From the NCBI GenBank assembly GCA_973895155.1, contig OZ316895.1, positions 6,932,184 to 6,996,183 of the forward strand: 64,000 bases of DNA. The letters run 5' to 3'. A model generated the notes under the pieces. The model did not search any database and was not told the DNA's origin. It saw only the letters and a program-made list of their open reading frames with translations. Source of the stretch: Marsupella aquatica (taxonomy: Eukaryota; Plantae; Marchantiophyta). This document shows, in pieces, positions 1 through 26,220 of the stretch; positions within the stretch are counted from its first letter, which is position 1; every line of letters starts with the position of its first letter. A program made the position numbers and the translations under genes.

Positions 1-291
1 AAATGTCTTGTTGGTGGTACAAGTTCTAGCTTACGACATAACCTACGTTAATGAGACGGAGTCGTCATTCCTTGCACAGGACTCAGTACAATAAAGATAC
101 TCATCTGACCGTCAAATTTAGCTCTCGGTCATTTTACATATTGTCGTGGATTATTTTATCGTTTGTGGGGTATAGGTCTACGACAACCTACAAGTTCACC
201 AGATTCTAGTGCGAGCAGACTTGCAAGCAACTGGTCATGCGAGGAAAATCTCAGCTTTCATGGGACGTCTTCGTTGAAAATGTGCGCGCAG

Positions 292-3170
<2,879 letters not shown>

Positions 3171-4421
3171 GAGGATGATAGACTGAGTTCCTTTGCCCAC
3201 CCGTTCGGTACTCGAGTCCTCGACGGGTCATAATTGGCTCCGGACCAACCTAGTTTTTTTTCACCCGAATTGGATCGGTGTTTTGTCTACAGTCCCAATC
3301 TAAACAAGCGCTGCAATGACTGGCAACCAATAGCTAGAGAAGCTGTTTATTACACTAGCTATGCTCACCATTTCAGCTGCAAACCTCCCAAACCTCTCCT
3401 TCCCGTTACGAGATACGATATCAATTACTCCTTTTGATGCGCCCGAGTACGATGTGGGAGCAAGCAGCCCGCCTCGTTATGGGAATTTGCTTTGTTAAGC
3501 TAGGGTTAGTAATTTGGGCAGTGATAGGTAAGGGGAAACAGTTGCCCGGAACAAAATCCTGCAGAAACATAGTCTTCCTGTTGTGAAAAAGAGAGATTTA
3601 AGAGCCTGAAGAAGAGTTACCTTGTTAGGAACTTTCTCGGTTATTTTTCTCTTCTAGGGCCGGTCACGAAGAGTTTCCTTTTTCAATGCTACCTTGTTCC
3701 GGGCATTAATTGCTCAGGTAACTTTGTAATTGGGGTGGTTAATTACCACGAATAAATTTTGAATGACACGAGCGTACTGTCAGCCGGGTCAGCTAATACT
3801 TGGCAGTTTTTTTTTTATTTTGAAATATGATTTGGAACAGCTGTTGTCCTTACACCTGGCTACCATTTCAAGAGTTTGATGTCCCCAACACCTGGCTACG
3901 GACAACTAAAATTTAGCATCCCCTTATTTGTTCAGAAGCTGCTATCTCCATTTCAAGAATTTGCTATGTTCACCACCATTGGGCTGTGGCCAAGTGACTT
4001 TTGCATTCCCTTTTCTTTTCACTTAATTTAGCCCTCACTCCAATGATCATTTCGAGTACGTTCAAAACACAAATCATTTGCAGGAACTTCACAATTCACT
4101 CTATCTCATATATACGCGTACTATAATCTCCAAACACACAAAAGAATATATGCAGTGTTGTAGGAATTGAAGAGCATTTTACCTGAGCTTAATTTGGTGC
4201 AAGTCAAAGTATTGGGAGCACAACCGAGGATTGCCTGCCTACTACGTCCCATCAATCTAGCCTGTTGAGCTGAACATATCCTCGAAAAGGTTCAGCTTGC
4301 CCAAGATCTGAAGTGGATACTTCAGGACGAATTTGGATACTCATAGTGAGCGGACATCAGAAAACATGCTTGAGATAAAACAGAGATCCAAAAGTTGTTC
4401 ATAAAGTTTTCGAGGATATGT

Positions 4422-4486
4422 TCAGACTTGTTTATGGCAAATTTGTGCATATAGTTTGTCATAAAGTTTGCCATAAACAAGTCTGA
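4422..4486. repeat. Perfect 20-bp inverted repeat (hairpin)
   Basis: TCAGACTTGTTTATGGCAAA (4422-4441) is the exact reverse complement of TTTGCCATAAACAAGTCTGA (4467-4486); the 25-nt spacer is partly self-complementary. Confidence 0.9.
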
Positions 4487-6326
4487 TAAAACCCAGCATT
4501 TTACAATTCGCCACTGCACCTGGAAAAGCTACTCCGGGCATCGTCTTAAAAATGAGCTTCCTTCCAAAAGCGTCTGATCAGTGTGAAGTGAGACAGCCTA
4601 TGTGAATAGTCCATGCGGATGATTGGGCAAAACAAACACTCGTCCATTTTATGAAAATACAAGTGGCGGAAAAGGATTTGGGCAGAACAAATCTAGCTGA
4701 ATTTTCTGAAACAGGACATTACAATATTCAAGTGGCAAAAAAGGCATAACCATAAAATGACGCTGTAGAGGACTAGAGCAGCTATGCACAAATTATAAAT
4801 AGTGTAAATGTACTTTTAAGTAGAACTCCATAATTATGTGCTGTCGAGTACAATTGTCTATTTTACACACATGCGTACTGTGGTGTACTTTGGCTTGCTC
4901 CAGTACCCAGGTGAGATAGGTGAGATGAGACATTGATACAACCTTTAATTTGTTAAATCGAATGGTCCTAAAAAAAGTGTGTTTTCAATAGAAAGGTCAA
5001 GATTTGATCCCACCGTTTTCAAATTTTTTAAGCAGACGAAAGCAAGAAAATAGCGGGATCTTGTATTATATATAATGCTTGATATATGTTGCACAACAAC
5101 GTTTATTATGTGTCGATCTTTTACAGTCAATGATATCAGTTCCTCAATGACATGATCTCATACTGATCGAATGCCATATTTTGCGTACACAATGATATCA
5201 ATTCCTTAATGACATCTCATACTGAATGCCATATTTTGCGTTGCTGCGTGTCTTATGCAGCACAAAGATATTGAGCTTGTATGCAATAAACATGCAATAT
5301 GTTCTGTGCAACACAAAGGTATGCAACTAGTTTGCAATAAGCTAGTTTGCAATAGATGTACAAATGAGAAGGAGCGGACTTGCCAAATGGAAGGAACGAG
5401 AGTTAAACAAAATAAGCCAAACCTACATGGCAGCTGTGCCAAAAGGCAATATCCCTATTAACCAAGAGCCAAGCCAGAATGTCTTGAGTGGATCTACTTA
5501 ATTATAATACTCCCAGCTTAAAGTCCGACTATCCACGAGGTTCGGAGAGTACAAAATTCAGCAATTTTTTTTGTTATTTACTTATTTTCGTAACGAGGAT
5601 GACCAAGTTTTGCTTCGAGCACAATGGATGTTGATCAGTATTCTCACATTGTAATGCATAAATGTAACACAATGGATGAGTAAGTAATAATTTACGTAAT
5701 TTGGCCTGTGTTTCAAAGCTGCCTACTAGCTTGAGGAATTAAAATTTGTTGCGGTTATAAGTTCCCCATTTGTATGAGGACACCTCCTGACCGCCAAACT
5801 CATTTAACGATAAACTCATAAAGCTAATGAGCAAGACAATATATTTGCTAATAGTTTAAAAGTCAGAAACTGCGACAAATTAAGACTGCCTTCAGCAATT
5901 TCCGTCAGGTTTACATAGAAAAAGACTTTCAAGTGGTTGAGCGAATCACACTCTCGTCTTCTGTAGCCAGCACGAGAAAATATGAGTACGTGACGGGAGG
6001 TGACAATTTACTCGATATTTTCTATGCTGGACTCGTATCTAAAACTTTATCTGTTGCAAAGAGACGGCTGCTTAATTTCAGCTCGATCAGGCCACTCCAT
6101 TTCTGTCAGCACATGCAGGGCATCGCTTTTGATAGTCTGAGAGCTAGTACCCTCGAGACCAGGAGGAGAATCCCAATGACAGAGGTTTGGAATGCAGTTT
6201 AAGTAGTGTAAGGCAGATGTGCTCCGTTGGTCGCCCGGTTGCTCGCAGTCTACATTACCTTCAAGACAGTTTGCGCACCCACCAGTTGGTTAACTTCCTG
6301 CGTTCACACCCGAGATTAAAGCAGTC

Positions 6327-11912
<5,586 letters not shown>

Positions 11913-14378
11913 TAGGAAGAGTATGCACAGAGCTCCTTTGCCCACCCGTTCGTTACTTGAGTCCTCTATCGACGGCCTACAATTGGCTCCGGACGAACCT
12001 AGGATTTTTTCCTGCCGAATTGGATCGATGCTACCGATCCTGACAAGCTGGCGTTGCCTGATCGATCTCTGCGCTAATATTGGTTTCTTGTCTCCAGTCT
12101 CAAGCTAAAGAAGCTCTGCAATGAGTAGCGATCAAGAACTAGAGCAGGTCTTTATACTAGCTACGCTCACCATTTCAGCTGCAGACCTCCCAGACCTCTC
12201 TGCCCGTAACAAGATACGATATCAATAACTCCTTGTGCTGCACCCGAGTGCAGCAAGCAGCCCTCCGCTTTATGGGAGTTAGCTTTGTTAAGGGTTAATA
12301 ATATGGGCAGTGATAGGCTAGGGGACACAGTTGCCCCTCACAAATCCGGCAGAAACATAGTCCCTTCGTGTTGTGAAAAAAGAGGGATTTAATAGCAAGA
12401 AGAGTCACCTTGTTAGGGGCTTAGTCAGATATTTTTTTCTTATAGGGCTGGTCACCAAGAATTTTCCTTTTTCAATATTACCTTGTTCCGGGCATGAAGT
12501 GCTCAGGTCAGTGTGTGCAATTGGGGCAGTTACCAAGAAATAATTTTTGAATGGCACGTAGTATCAGCAGGGGTAACTAATACTTGGCAGTTTGGGGATT
12601 TTCATATATGATATGGCCCCATCAATGTCTCCGTAACATTTGTAACAGCTGTTTGCCTCACACCTTCTGTTGCAAAAGTTTGGCGACGTCCCCAACTCCT
12701 GGCTACGACCAAGTAAAATTTAGCATCTCCTTATCTTTTCAAAGGACCAAAAATGATGAAACCTCAGCTTTTGGTTCAAGTCTAATGATTGGGAGCATAA
12801 CAGATTGTTTTTTCTGTGTTACAGCTCGCCTGCCTACTACATTTCATCAACCTGTAGGGCTGTACATGTCCTAGAAGGTTCAGCTTGCCGAAGCTCTGAA
12901 GTTGATACCTCAGGGGTGTATTTCCACACTCCAATAGTAAGCGGGCTTAAAACTTTCTAGCGAAGGTGCTGTTGGGTTAGTTCAGAGCATGAGCAGACTG
13001 AGGAATGCTTTGTGAGAACTGATTTGGTGAGTTGCAACTTCTCGTTTTACAGCTCCTATTGTTTCCTTAGGGGCTGGTGATGATTGCCCTTTCCCAGTTA
13101 CTGTCTTTGTTGGTTGGCCACCATCTCAGAGAACTGTCTTTGGTCATTACTTTATTTCTTGACTATATTTCAAAATGTCGTCAACTGAAGAACTACCAAC
13201 TTTCCGGAACTAGTGTCTTTCTAGCTTCACGTTCAATCTTGGCTCTCCAGACTATCGGGAGACTTGGCTAGTTATGATATTGCTTTTCAGTGCAAGGTTT
13301 CATACTTAATCTACACTCTTGAAGCCTATGACAATGTGGGAATTCTAAGACGTTTTAAAAATGGGATTCGAATCAAACTCAGTCACAAAATTCGGCTGAA
13401 AAGAAGAACTCGTAAAATGAATGTCAACCGATGGTAGGCAAAGCCAATATCACATGAAATCATTGTGAGTATTATTGCAGACAAGCCTGTGCGGATTTAG
13501 TCACGTCTCTCTAATTAGTGGTTTTGTAGGCTTGCATTCTTTGTTGAAGTCGAGTTCCATCACGTTATAACTCTGCGCCAAATTGACCACTGCCATATAC
13601 GCCAGTTTATTCGCTTATCGTCCCCGGAACTATAAAAAGGGAGGAGTTTGCAAGCTTCCAAGCTAAACTAAATAGAATTATTCGCGTTGTGTTTTCTGAG
13701 TTTGATAACCGCTCCTAATACATATTTTGGCACCGGGTCGGCGTTGATAAAGTTAACTTCCTGGTTTCAACGAAGAAAGAACGTTGCACTCAATTTCTAC
13801 TGCAATGAAATAAATGTCCAGGGAGCCCCAGTGAACGGATTGATTGTTAGATAGGTGGACTGATAATTGAACTGGGAAGAGTGGAAAAATTTGGAAAACA
13901 AGCATGTCCAAGAGCTGGAATGAAGAGCAATTGCTAACAAATCTTAATTTACGTGGTCGTCATGTCTTGACCGAGTCAAGTCATATATCTTACCAATGAT
14001 AATCACTCCTAACTGGCTCACATAACTTTACATGCCCTCATGGCTGACACCCGTTTACTACGTGAAACATACCATAAGCTTCAGCAAACTAATTAATCGA
14101 GCTGCTGTTCAACCCTCAGTTTACCTCTAAACCTTTAGAACTAGGAAACTTCACATATAGTATCCTTTCTGGCCAGACTAACAGTCTGCAGCGAGGATTA
14201 GGTCCAACCTCCTTGCGGGTAGTACTTTGAGCAACCGAGAAAGTGGACAGCAGTTTCTCATAAAAGGAAAAAACAACACATCAGACTACTGTATCTAAAG
14301 GACCCTGCCAGCTGTATTGCCTCATTTGTTCCTTCTATCTCCTCAATATCATAAGATGTACTCTACTCCAGTAAACCC

Positions 14379-18683
<4,305 letters not shown>

Positions 18684-19225
18684 GGACGACAGATTGCACG
18701 ACGCCCAAACCTCGCTTCCTCTTCCACTTTGCTGTCTGCCACTCTTCGCAGCAAAAGTTGAGTCAGCTCTTCAACGCCTGTCCCCAAGTGCGCGCCGAAA
18801 GAAGCAAAAAGCCTACGGGATGCGTAGAGTGAGTTCGATGGATCACAAGCTCCTGATGTCGTTCCCGCTGAGACACGAGAGGAGAGTGCTGTGCTGCAAA
18901 CACACTTATCAGCCTGCCCTTTTCGCTGAAGTGCTGGTCCTGAAAAACTTCAACGAATTAAATATCCTTAAATGGATCGAAGCATCCATATTGAAGATGG
19001 AAGGAATTTGACCAACCTGATGTAACCACTCAGGAATTGCCTCGATAAACCCTACACACCAGCCCAGATGGTGACACGTGTCCACATCTGAACAAGCAAA
19101 AGGTAGGGACCAGACCCAATTCCCACTCCCTAGTCCCTATGAAACCTTCTTTTGGGGGGGTTTGCCTTACAGCCGAGAGGAAATCCATCCATCCGGGACG
19201 TTTGTCCTGGCTGTATGCAACACTG

Positions 19226-19345
19226 CAAGGTGGCCCACATGGGGAATTATGAGAGTAGTCTCAAGGTGGCCTACAGGGGGAATTATTAGAGCACCAGAGC
19301 AGTCTCAACGTGGCCCACAGGGAGAATTATGAGAGCAGTCTCAAA
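19226..19345 (+). repeat. Three degenerate ~35-bp tandem repeats
   Basis: Unit approx. caaggtggcccacaggggaattatgagagyagtct, present three times. Confidence 0.7.
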
Positions 19346-21658
19346 TCCCCGTTTTTGTTGGCCTTGGAACTTAAGAGGAAATCCAACTACTGTCATTGGA
19401 GACTGCAATTACTACTGTAGCGCAGTCCACAGGGGATCAACTGAGCCGTCTCAACCAGCATTTTTTTTAATGTCGAAAATTAGACAAATTTCACCTCCCC
19501 AAAAGCTTTAGCCACTTTTGTGGGTCACCAGTGTTTTATGTTGACTTTTTGAATAAAATTTAATTAATTTTTTGGAATTAAAAAAAAAAAAATTGCCACT
19601 TTTGGTGAAAATTTGCTAGTATTGTTTACAGACCCCCATTAGGGGTCTCTTGCAAATTGTCTCCCACGAAGTTGCGCCACATCACCATAACCAGCCACAA
19701 ACAGGAATGATCCTACTTTTAGTAATAACAAACGTGCAATTCCTATTTGTGACAAAAGCAACGTAATTTTTGGGGCGCCATGCCGTAAATATTAAACGTA
19801 AAAAAAACCAAAATACAAAGAAAGAGATGTCATTTAGTAAAACAAAATTACCATTTTGATCTTTGTCAAAAATAAATTAGTGTTTTATATCAAATTTCTT
19901 GTATTTTTTAATTATAAATGTACATATTTAAAATCCCTTTGGCTTCACATTGTAAAACTAAATAATAAATCTCTTTAGTACTTGATAAAATCTCCTTAGT
20001 TGACGTCAAATGCAAACTCTATGTCAAAGAAACAATTGTTGGTCTTCCCTTCACACCATAGCTTTCTTAAATAAAAATAACTATAAATACTTTGTTTGAA
20101 ATGATGGCTCGTTCGTTTAGTGTGTTCTTCTCACCAAATCGACAAGCGCTCTTTTGCCAACAACTGAGTGTTGTGCTCCAGTCTGTCTTGTGGCGGTAAT
20201 GCTCAATGTAACTCACAAACAATTAATCAACAAATGGTTGAAAGATGATTTCTTCAATGTGTAAGCAAAATTCATAAGAAAACTCAATTCCTCCACATTC
20301 AATCTTTCGTTTGATAAATCTCTATCTTTTGGGCATTTGTTTTTGTACGAGCACACACCAACACCATCGGGAGACTCAAAATCGTTAGTTACCGTCTTGA
20401 TGAAAATTGATTGCACTTAATCACACACACATTCCTTGGATGAACAGGGGGTCCACGGATTAATTTTTCTGTTAGCCCATGTCCCACCTAATCACAGGCC
20501 TCTTTAACCACAATCTGATGGTCACCCTTAAATCTAGGGAGATCTGACGGTGAGGAATTTGATCAGAAAAGGAATATTTTGAGACTCTTCTCCTTGACAC
20601 ACAGTGGACATATTTTGAGCATCTTCTCCTTAGCCACTCTGCCGAAATAGCAAAACCCTATTAAAACATACGATGGTCTAAACTCCCATTTCCTAATCCC
20701 AATCTTTGTCGTTGCCTTGGAACCAAGAGTAATTGCATCCTGCTGGACCAATGTCATCAGAGTATGCAACCGTGTAGGTTAGCCCAGAGACGAATTACTC
20801 AGGGGATCCAATTACCTTGGAAGGAAAGGCCATGCCACAAGGGCCAGCCAGAGGCAGAGGAGATAACCAATACCCACCCACAAACCTCATAAATCCAGGC
20901 TCATCCCCTGCCCAAACCCAGCTGGGTCCTCTGCAACCTTTTGGCCGTCACCCGCAAAGAAATAGCAGCGAAGGACTTCGAGACAAGCTTTGCGCAAAAT
21001 TGCTTGATTCGCGCAGGACCCTATGGTGGTCGTTGAAGCTGTGGCCCGTGGGACATTGGAGATGGCAAAGGGCTTCGTGATCAAAGTGAAGCTGGGACAA
21101 TAGACAATAAACGAGGTGAGAGGCGACATTGCTTTCTGAATACTCTGTGTGGGGGATTGCCTATCCAGATGAACGATTTCGAGCACAGTTCGAGAATTGG
21201 ATCGCTTAGGGTTTGATTTCTAATTGAATTAGCTCGCAGTCCGGGCATCAATTTGGAAGCTCCAACAGTCCAGTCAGGAGTTGATCACTCCAATTGGTCC
21301 ATGCAATTGCAAAGATAAGCGAAGTTTTGGAAGTGTAGAGAGTATCTCATTCCGAAGCACGAATACATGACAGAATGGACGAAAGAACGAACAAAATGTA
21401 CTACTGTCCTGAAAGAATTTGCTGAGCACTTTTGTCAAGAAGTTAGCCGACGGATTCGGTTTTGTGGTGACGCTCGTTGGGTCACCTGATTATCATTGAC
21501 TCGTGAGCCCGCCTACAATTAAATTCGCGACCATCCTTTGTCCATTCTCGTTAAAATTTGTGGGTAATTTACGAATTTGTGCGCAGTGGCTGCCGCAGAT
21601 TGAGTCGGATGGTAACACACAAAAGAATTCGAACGCGAGGGGCTTCCTCTCGGCTGTC

Positions 21659-23415
21659 ATGACTGTACCTTCCTCGGTTGGACCAGAACAAGGGAAGATG
21701 GAATCAAGAGATTCAGTGGAAGATTGGAAACCCCTAGGTGCTCAAGAGTACGAGGCATTGTTGACTGCAGTTTTTGGAGAGTCAGATACAGATGACGACT
21801 CGAAGGATCAGCAGTGTGCAGAAGAAAAGGTATCGAACGTGTTTTCTTTGGGACGAGTGTTGTGATAATTAAGCTGATGTCTTTGGGGAAAGCTCCATTA
21901 AATCGTAAACATTAATTTCTAAACTACAAAAAAATTCTGCTTAAGTCGCAGGTTGATATTGAATCACTTGAAGAACGCTTGTGGGAGAAGGTAGAGGAAG
22001 TAGAAGGCTTGTGGCACTGTAGCAACTTTCTGTCAAACAAACAACAACAGTCTCTTTTGGAGGCCATAGAATCAGGTCGGGTTCATACATCTGCTCTCCC
22101 ATTGTCGTTTCCTGTCCAGCACAATTCGGGGTCTGGAAAAAAAACTCGCAAGTCCTTACCAAAGAGTAGCGCAGCGAATGGGCCTTTGGACGACTGTTAG
22201 CTTCACGCTTCCACTAAAGCTCTCATCGTTGTTATTTGTATTATTGCAGAGGGATGGTTTTGTGATCCTCTGCACAATCAGGTGCGATTTCACGGATGGT
22301 TTAGAGAATACTGCTTGCGAGGTTCAGTTTGAAGATCTAGAATGAAGCTTGTTGAAGCACGGCTAAGAAGCATGAAAGACTGCCATTCTTGTGAGCAACT
22401 GTATTCGATCTCTTTTCAGGTCAGGGGTTTGGATCTTTACAAGAATTCTTTCGGGAACTTATAAACTTGTAGGTTTTCTTAATGATAGGGAAAAACGTGA
22501 GCTTGGGGAAACCAAGTCACAAAGTGAGGAAGGGTCAATACAATAATACTTAGTAAAACTCCTCTGATGTGCTTTATTCTTCCACACAGGCAATGAGATT
22601 TGGAGATCTTCCAGGGTGGGCAGAAGATTTATCTACTCTCATTCAAATGAGTGGTGCCCAAAGCCGTGTTGAGGGTCTGGAACCTCTAAATTCTGATGAA
22701 TATTCCGAAATTGATGACTTCGGAAACAGTACAAGTCCTTTTCCTTCACGGATACTGGATAGGGAGCCATTGTTTGATCAGATGATTGTCAACATGTATC
22801 AGCCGGGCGAGGTGTGTTATTCAATCATGTTTGACTTCTAACTTGCCAAGTTAAGTATGCTGATCTGCTAGACATCTGATCCACAACAAATTCTGAGCTT
22901 GCTTGATATGATCGCAGGGCATAGCAGCACATGTGGACCTCCTTCGCTTTGAAGACGGTATTGCCATTGTGTCTTTGGAATCTGCCTGTATAATGTCTTT
23001 CCGACCTCTCAATAATTCATCTAATGGAGTTGAAGACACGAACGAACCTATCTCGGATACACATCATGACTGCAGTCCAGGCTATGGCAATTTTGCTAAC
23101 ACCAACGAGATGCCGCATTCTCAGTCTCTCGTATGCAAGCAGCCAGAGGCTTCACGGGCAAGTCCACAGGCCAGGCGACATAAATCACAAAGTCATACTT
23201 GTGACCTCGATCCAAGCAGTGGAGCCGCGAAGAGGGTGGATGTGCGTTTAAATCCAGGGGATCTAATCATAGCATGTGGACCGGCCCGCTATGATTGGAC
23301 ACATGAGATTAATCGTGGTAAGGGTAATCAGTTATGGAAAGGGCAACCCATTGTCCAGCAGCGGAGAGTCTCAGTGACATTGCGGAGACTCTGTTTTCAG
23401 AATGATGGTTCGTAA
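21659..23415 (+). CDS. AlkB-family 2OG-Fe(II) dioxygenase (multi-exon)
   Basis: Motifs LLTAVFGESD, EGLWHCSNFLS, QAMRFGDLPGW, FDQMIVNMYQPGE / GIAAHVD (HxD), ARYDWTHEI (H) and RVSVTLR (RxxxxxR). Exons approx. 21659/21698-21829, 21952-22075, 22250-22281, 22590-22811, 22918-23415. Confidence 0.9.
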
Positions 23416-24485
23416 GACAGGAGGGCTCTGCTTGAAACACGTTCTGTCAGGTCAACAGGCAAGGAGATCAGTGCATTTGACCCAGAACGAAGTGACTTGA
23501 TAATTATCAACAATTCAACCAAAATCTGGTTCACTCTACAATACCTTGTTAACATCAATGGCCCTATTTGCTAACGACAGCACACGGACTCCAGAAATAT
23601 GGGGGATCATGCTAAGTACTGTGGATTCAATTTTTAGGTGTTTTATATCTACAGAGAATTCACAAATTTTGTACTCAAAATTACTGAAGATGGATGTTAC
23701 CTTCAAGGACCATTAGATACAAGATGTGATCGAAGTGAAGTGAAGTGCAGTGAGAAAGATGTGGAGAAAGCTTGACGTCAATCCTAGATAGATTGCTTGA
23801 ACATGTGAAGATTATCCACTTAAATGTAGTCAGCAAACGAGTCAATTTCTATCCCCATTTTGTCTTCATATAATTTCAACTTGGAACTTGTCAAAGAGAC
23901 CAATCTTGATATTTCAACCTTGTTTGTGGCCATGTTGATGCTCCCAAGCAAAGCTTCGTTTCATTCAGGACATTAACGCAGTGCCAGTTCTATGAGCACT
24001 GTCAAAAAACAATCTGTGTGTACCTGTGGCTTTTTAGAGGTAGGGAAGGTGAACTACGAAGTTGAGATCTTTTCTAGGCCTTAGTTCGTCCACAACTAAA
24101 TTTACACTCAAGGGGGCTGTCATTTTGTGGAGCGAAGATTGAAGTTGTCCACGAGTTCATCGAAAAATTTCTTCGTGAAGGCACGACCATTATTGAGGCT
24201 ACCACCGTCTACACTATCGTTAGTGGTTCTAGAATCGTGGTCTTCTGTTACAGCAGTTAAGCTTACGAAAGACCACGGAGTTACGGGTCTACGTGAGCCC
24301 CCAACATTCATGGCTCATGGGCACTGCATCCTACCCACCCCGGTTAACACATCAATTTGAAGTTTGTTTTCGCGAATGGCACTTGGGTGCAACTTCATAG
24401 GTTGTCCTTGTTTTCACTCCAGAATTGAATAGCAAATTGGTCACTATGTGTCACTGTTTAGGTTCCGTAAAGTATAACCTCCTTA

Positions 24486-24868
24486 ATGCATCTCCAAACG
24501 GGGCCACAAAAAGTGTGTAACCTCCTTCTTTTTCCTTTCATAGCTATTTTTCCAGGTGAAGCTCCCCAAGTGGGTGGAAGCTGACCACCGAATGGGAAGA
24601 GGTAGCTGCTACATTTGGCAGCATTGGCGGTCATCCTAGGCAACCACAAAATGCTCCCATACAGTGACACTCTTCCAGCCACAATATGTTGCTCGGGATG
24701 AGAAACTCACAGTAGTAGAATACTCCCACATCTGAGCTCTTTATGAAATGCACAGGTGGTGATTTGTGGAAGGGATGGGGGCCAGCAACTGTTTAAGGTA
24801 AGGCCTCTAAATCAGTCAGTAAGCATGACTGATACTATCCAAAACCCACAGAACCAGTGGAGATGCTC
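24486..24868. mobile_element. Tourist/PIF-Harbinger-like MITE (~380 bp)
   Basis: TTA|atGCATCTCCA ... TGGAGATGCtc|TTA: TIR core GCATCTCCA with a TTA target duplication. A similar end (TTA|GAGCAGGTCCAACAG) starts at 24880. Confidence 0.6.
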
Positions 24869-25667
24869 TTATCTCCTTAGAGCAGGTCCAACAGTAGAGA
24901 ATTTTTCAACCAACACCTAGTGGGCAAAACATGAAAAAATCTTGATGCCCATCACAGTGATTGGGATAAAGTAATCATAAGATTCTCATCGACTTTTACT
25001 AAAGAAAAAAACCCCTTATTGAGTATCGAATACAAGGGCATTATGGGCAATAATAGCCCCCCAAAACTAGGAGCTAGGGCCCTTGTTTTGGGGGGCGGTA
25101 TGGCCCACAGCACCCTGTCCTGACTATATTACAGAAAAGACATTTCCGCCGGTGTATGTGAACGTGAACGAGAACGGGCAGTAAAATAATGGGGTCCACA
25201 GTACAGAATCTAACCTTCCTGGGAACTCTCATGCAAACCGTCGATTGTCGAATTGGGGTGGATACACGGGAGAGATACACCCGCCAGAAAATCGCAGAAA
25301 CTAAAGATTGGGCCATGAGCCGGAAATAGGACCGAATGGTACTCCACTACGGTCCGCTAAGTTTGGGGTCTTAAAAGTTATGCAGACCGTTGAGCGTGTT
25401 GGATAGTGTGGAGTTGTGGACTGTGCTGGCAACCCTCTACTTCCCCCGGTCAGGATGGAGGACCAGGCACTGAGGCTCTCAGAAGGGAGCTCCGTAGGGC
25501 AGTACTATTACTACTTTAATGGACAATTTTGTGGACTGGAATGGACAGGAGCGGTGGAGTGCAAGCCGGTACTAAGTTATTAGTTTCGCTTGTCTTCCGA
25601 AGGAGATCAGTCTGGTCGGGGCACAAAACACAACAGCAGATACAGGAGTATTGAGGGCACTCGCTCA

Positions 25668-26220
25668 CACTCGTCTCTGGGCTCCCCTCTCCTCTGAAAG
25701 AAGCTAATCTATCGCAAAGAGGGGAGTGAGACATAGATACCTCTACAGGACCGAGCTATCGAGTAATTTGGGGCGAGTGCCAGGCATTTGGGTGTTTTTG
25801 TCCTGCTGCCTCTCTGATGTTGTAAGCAGCTGGAATGGGGTGCGGCATGCACTCGTCTCTGCGCTCCCCTCTGCTTTGAAAGACCAATCTCGCAAGTGGA
25901 GTGAGAGAAGGACTTTCCACAGTACCGACCGATCGAGGACTTGGAGGGAGAGGGTACCATGCGTTTCGGTGGTTTTTATTCTGCTGTTTCTCTTCTGTTG
26001 TGTGCAGCTAGAATGGGTTGCCGCATGCACTCGTTTCTGAGCTCCCCTCAACTCTGAACGATCCTGATCAATCGCGAAGGGGAGTAAGACGTAGATTGCC
26101 AGATTCCGGACGGTCGAGGAATTCTGGGGGAGGGGTACCATGCATTTGGGTGGTTTTGTCCTGCTGTTGCTGCTGCCTCTATGTGTTTGTGTGCTGCAGC
26201 TGGAATGGGTGGCTGCAGGG
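25668..26220 (+). repeat. Three tandem ~180-bp copies of the 5'UTR/start/signal-peptide segment of the GH17 gene
   Basis: Units begin cactcgtytctg at ~25668, ~25850 and ~26028 and end cagctrgaatggg; the third unit holds the real ATG (26140). Confidence 0.85.

Noticed and set aside
19226-19345. Spaced ~35-bp repeats as a CRISPR array
   Set aside because: No unique spacers, degenerate units, eukaryotic context and no cas genes.
20050-21200. Short ORFs between MAP2 and AlkB (possible transposase remnant or small gene)
   Set aside because: No recognisable motif or consistent exon chain.
21659-23415. AlkB dioxygenase as an eraser partner of the transposon MTase
   Set aside because: It is about 24 kb away among housekeeping genes and looks like a conserved plant family member; nothing links it to the element.
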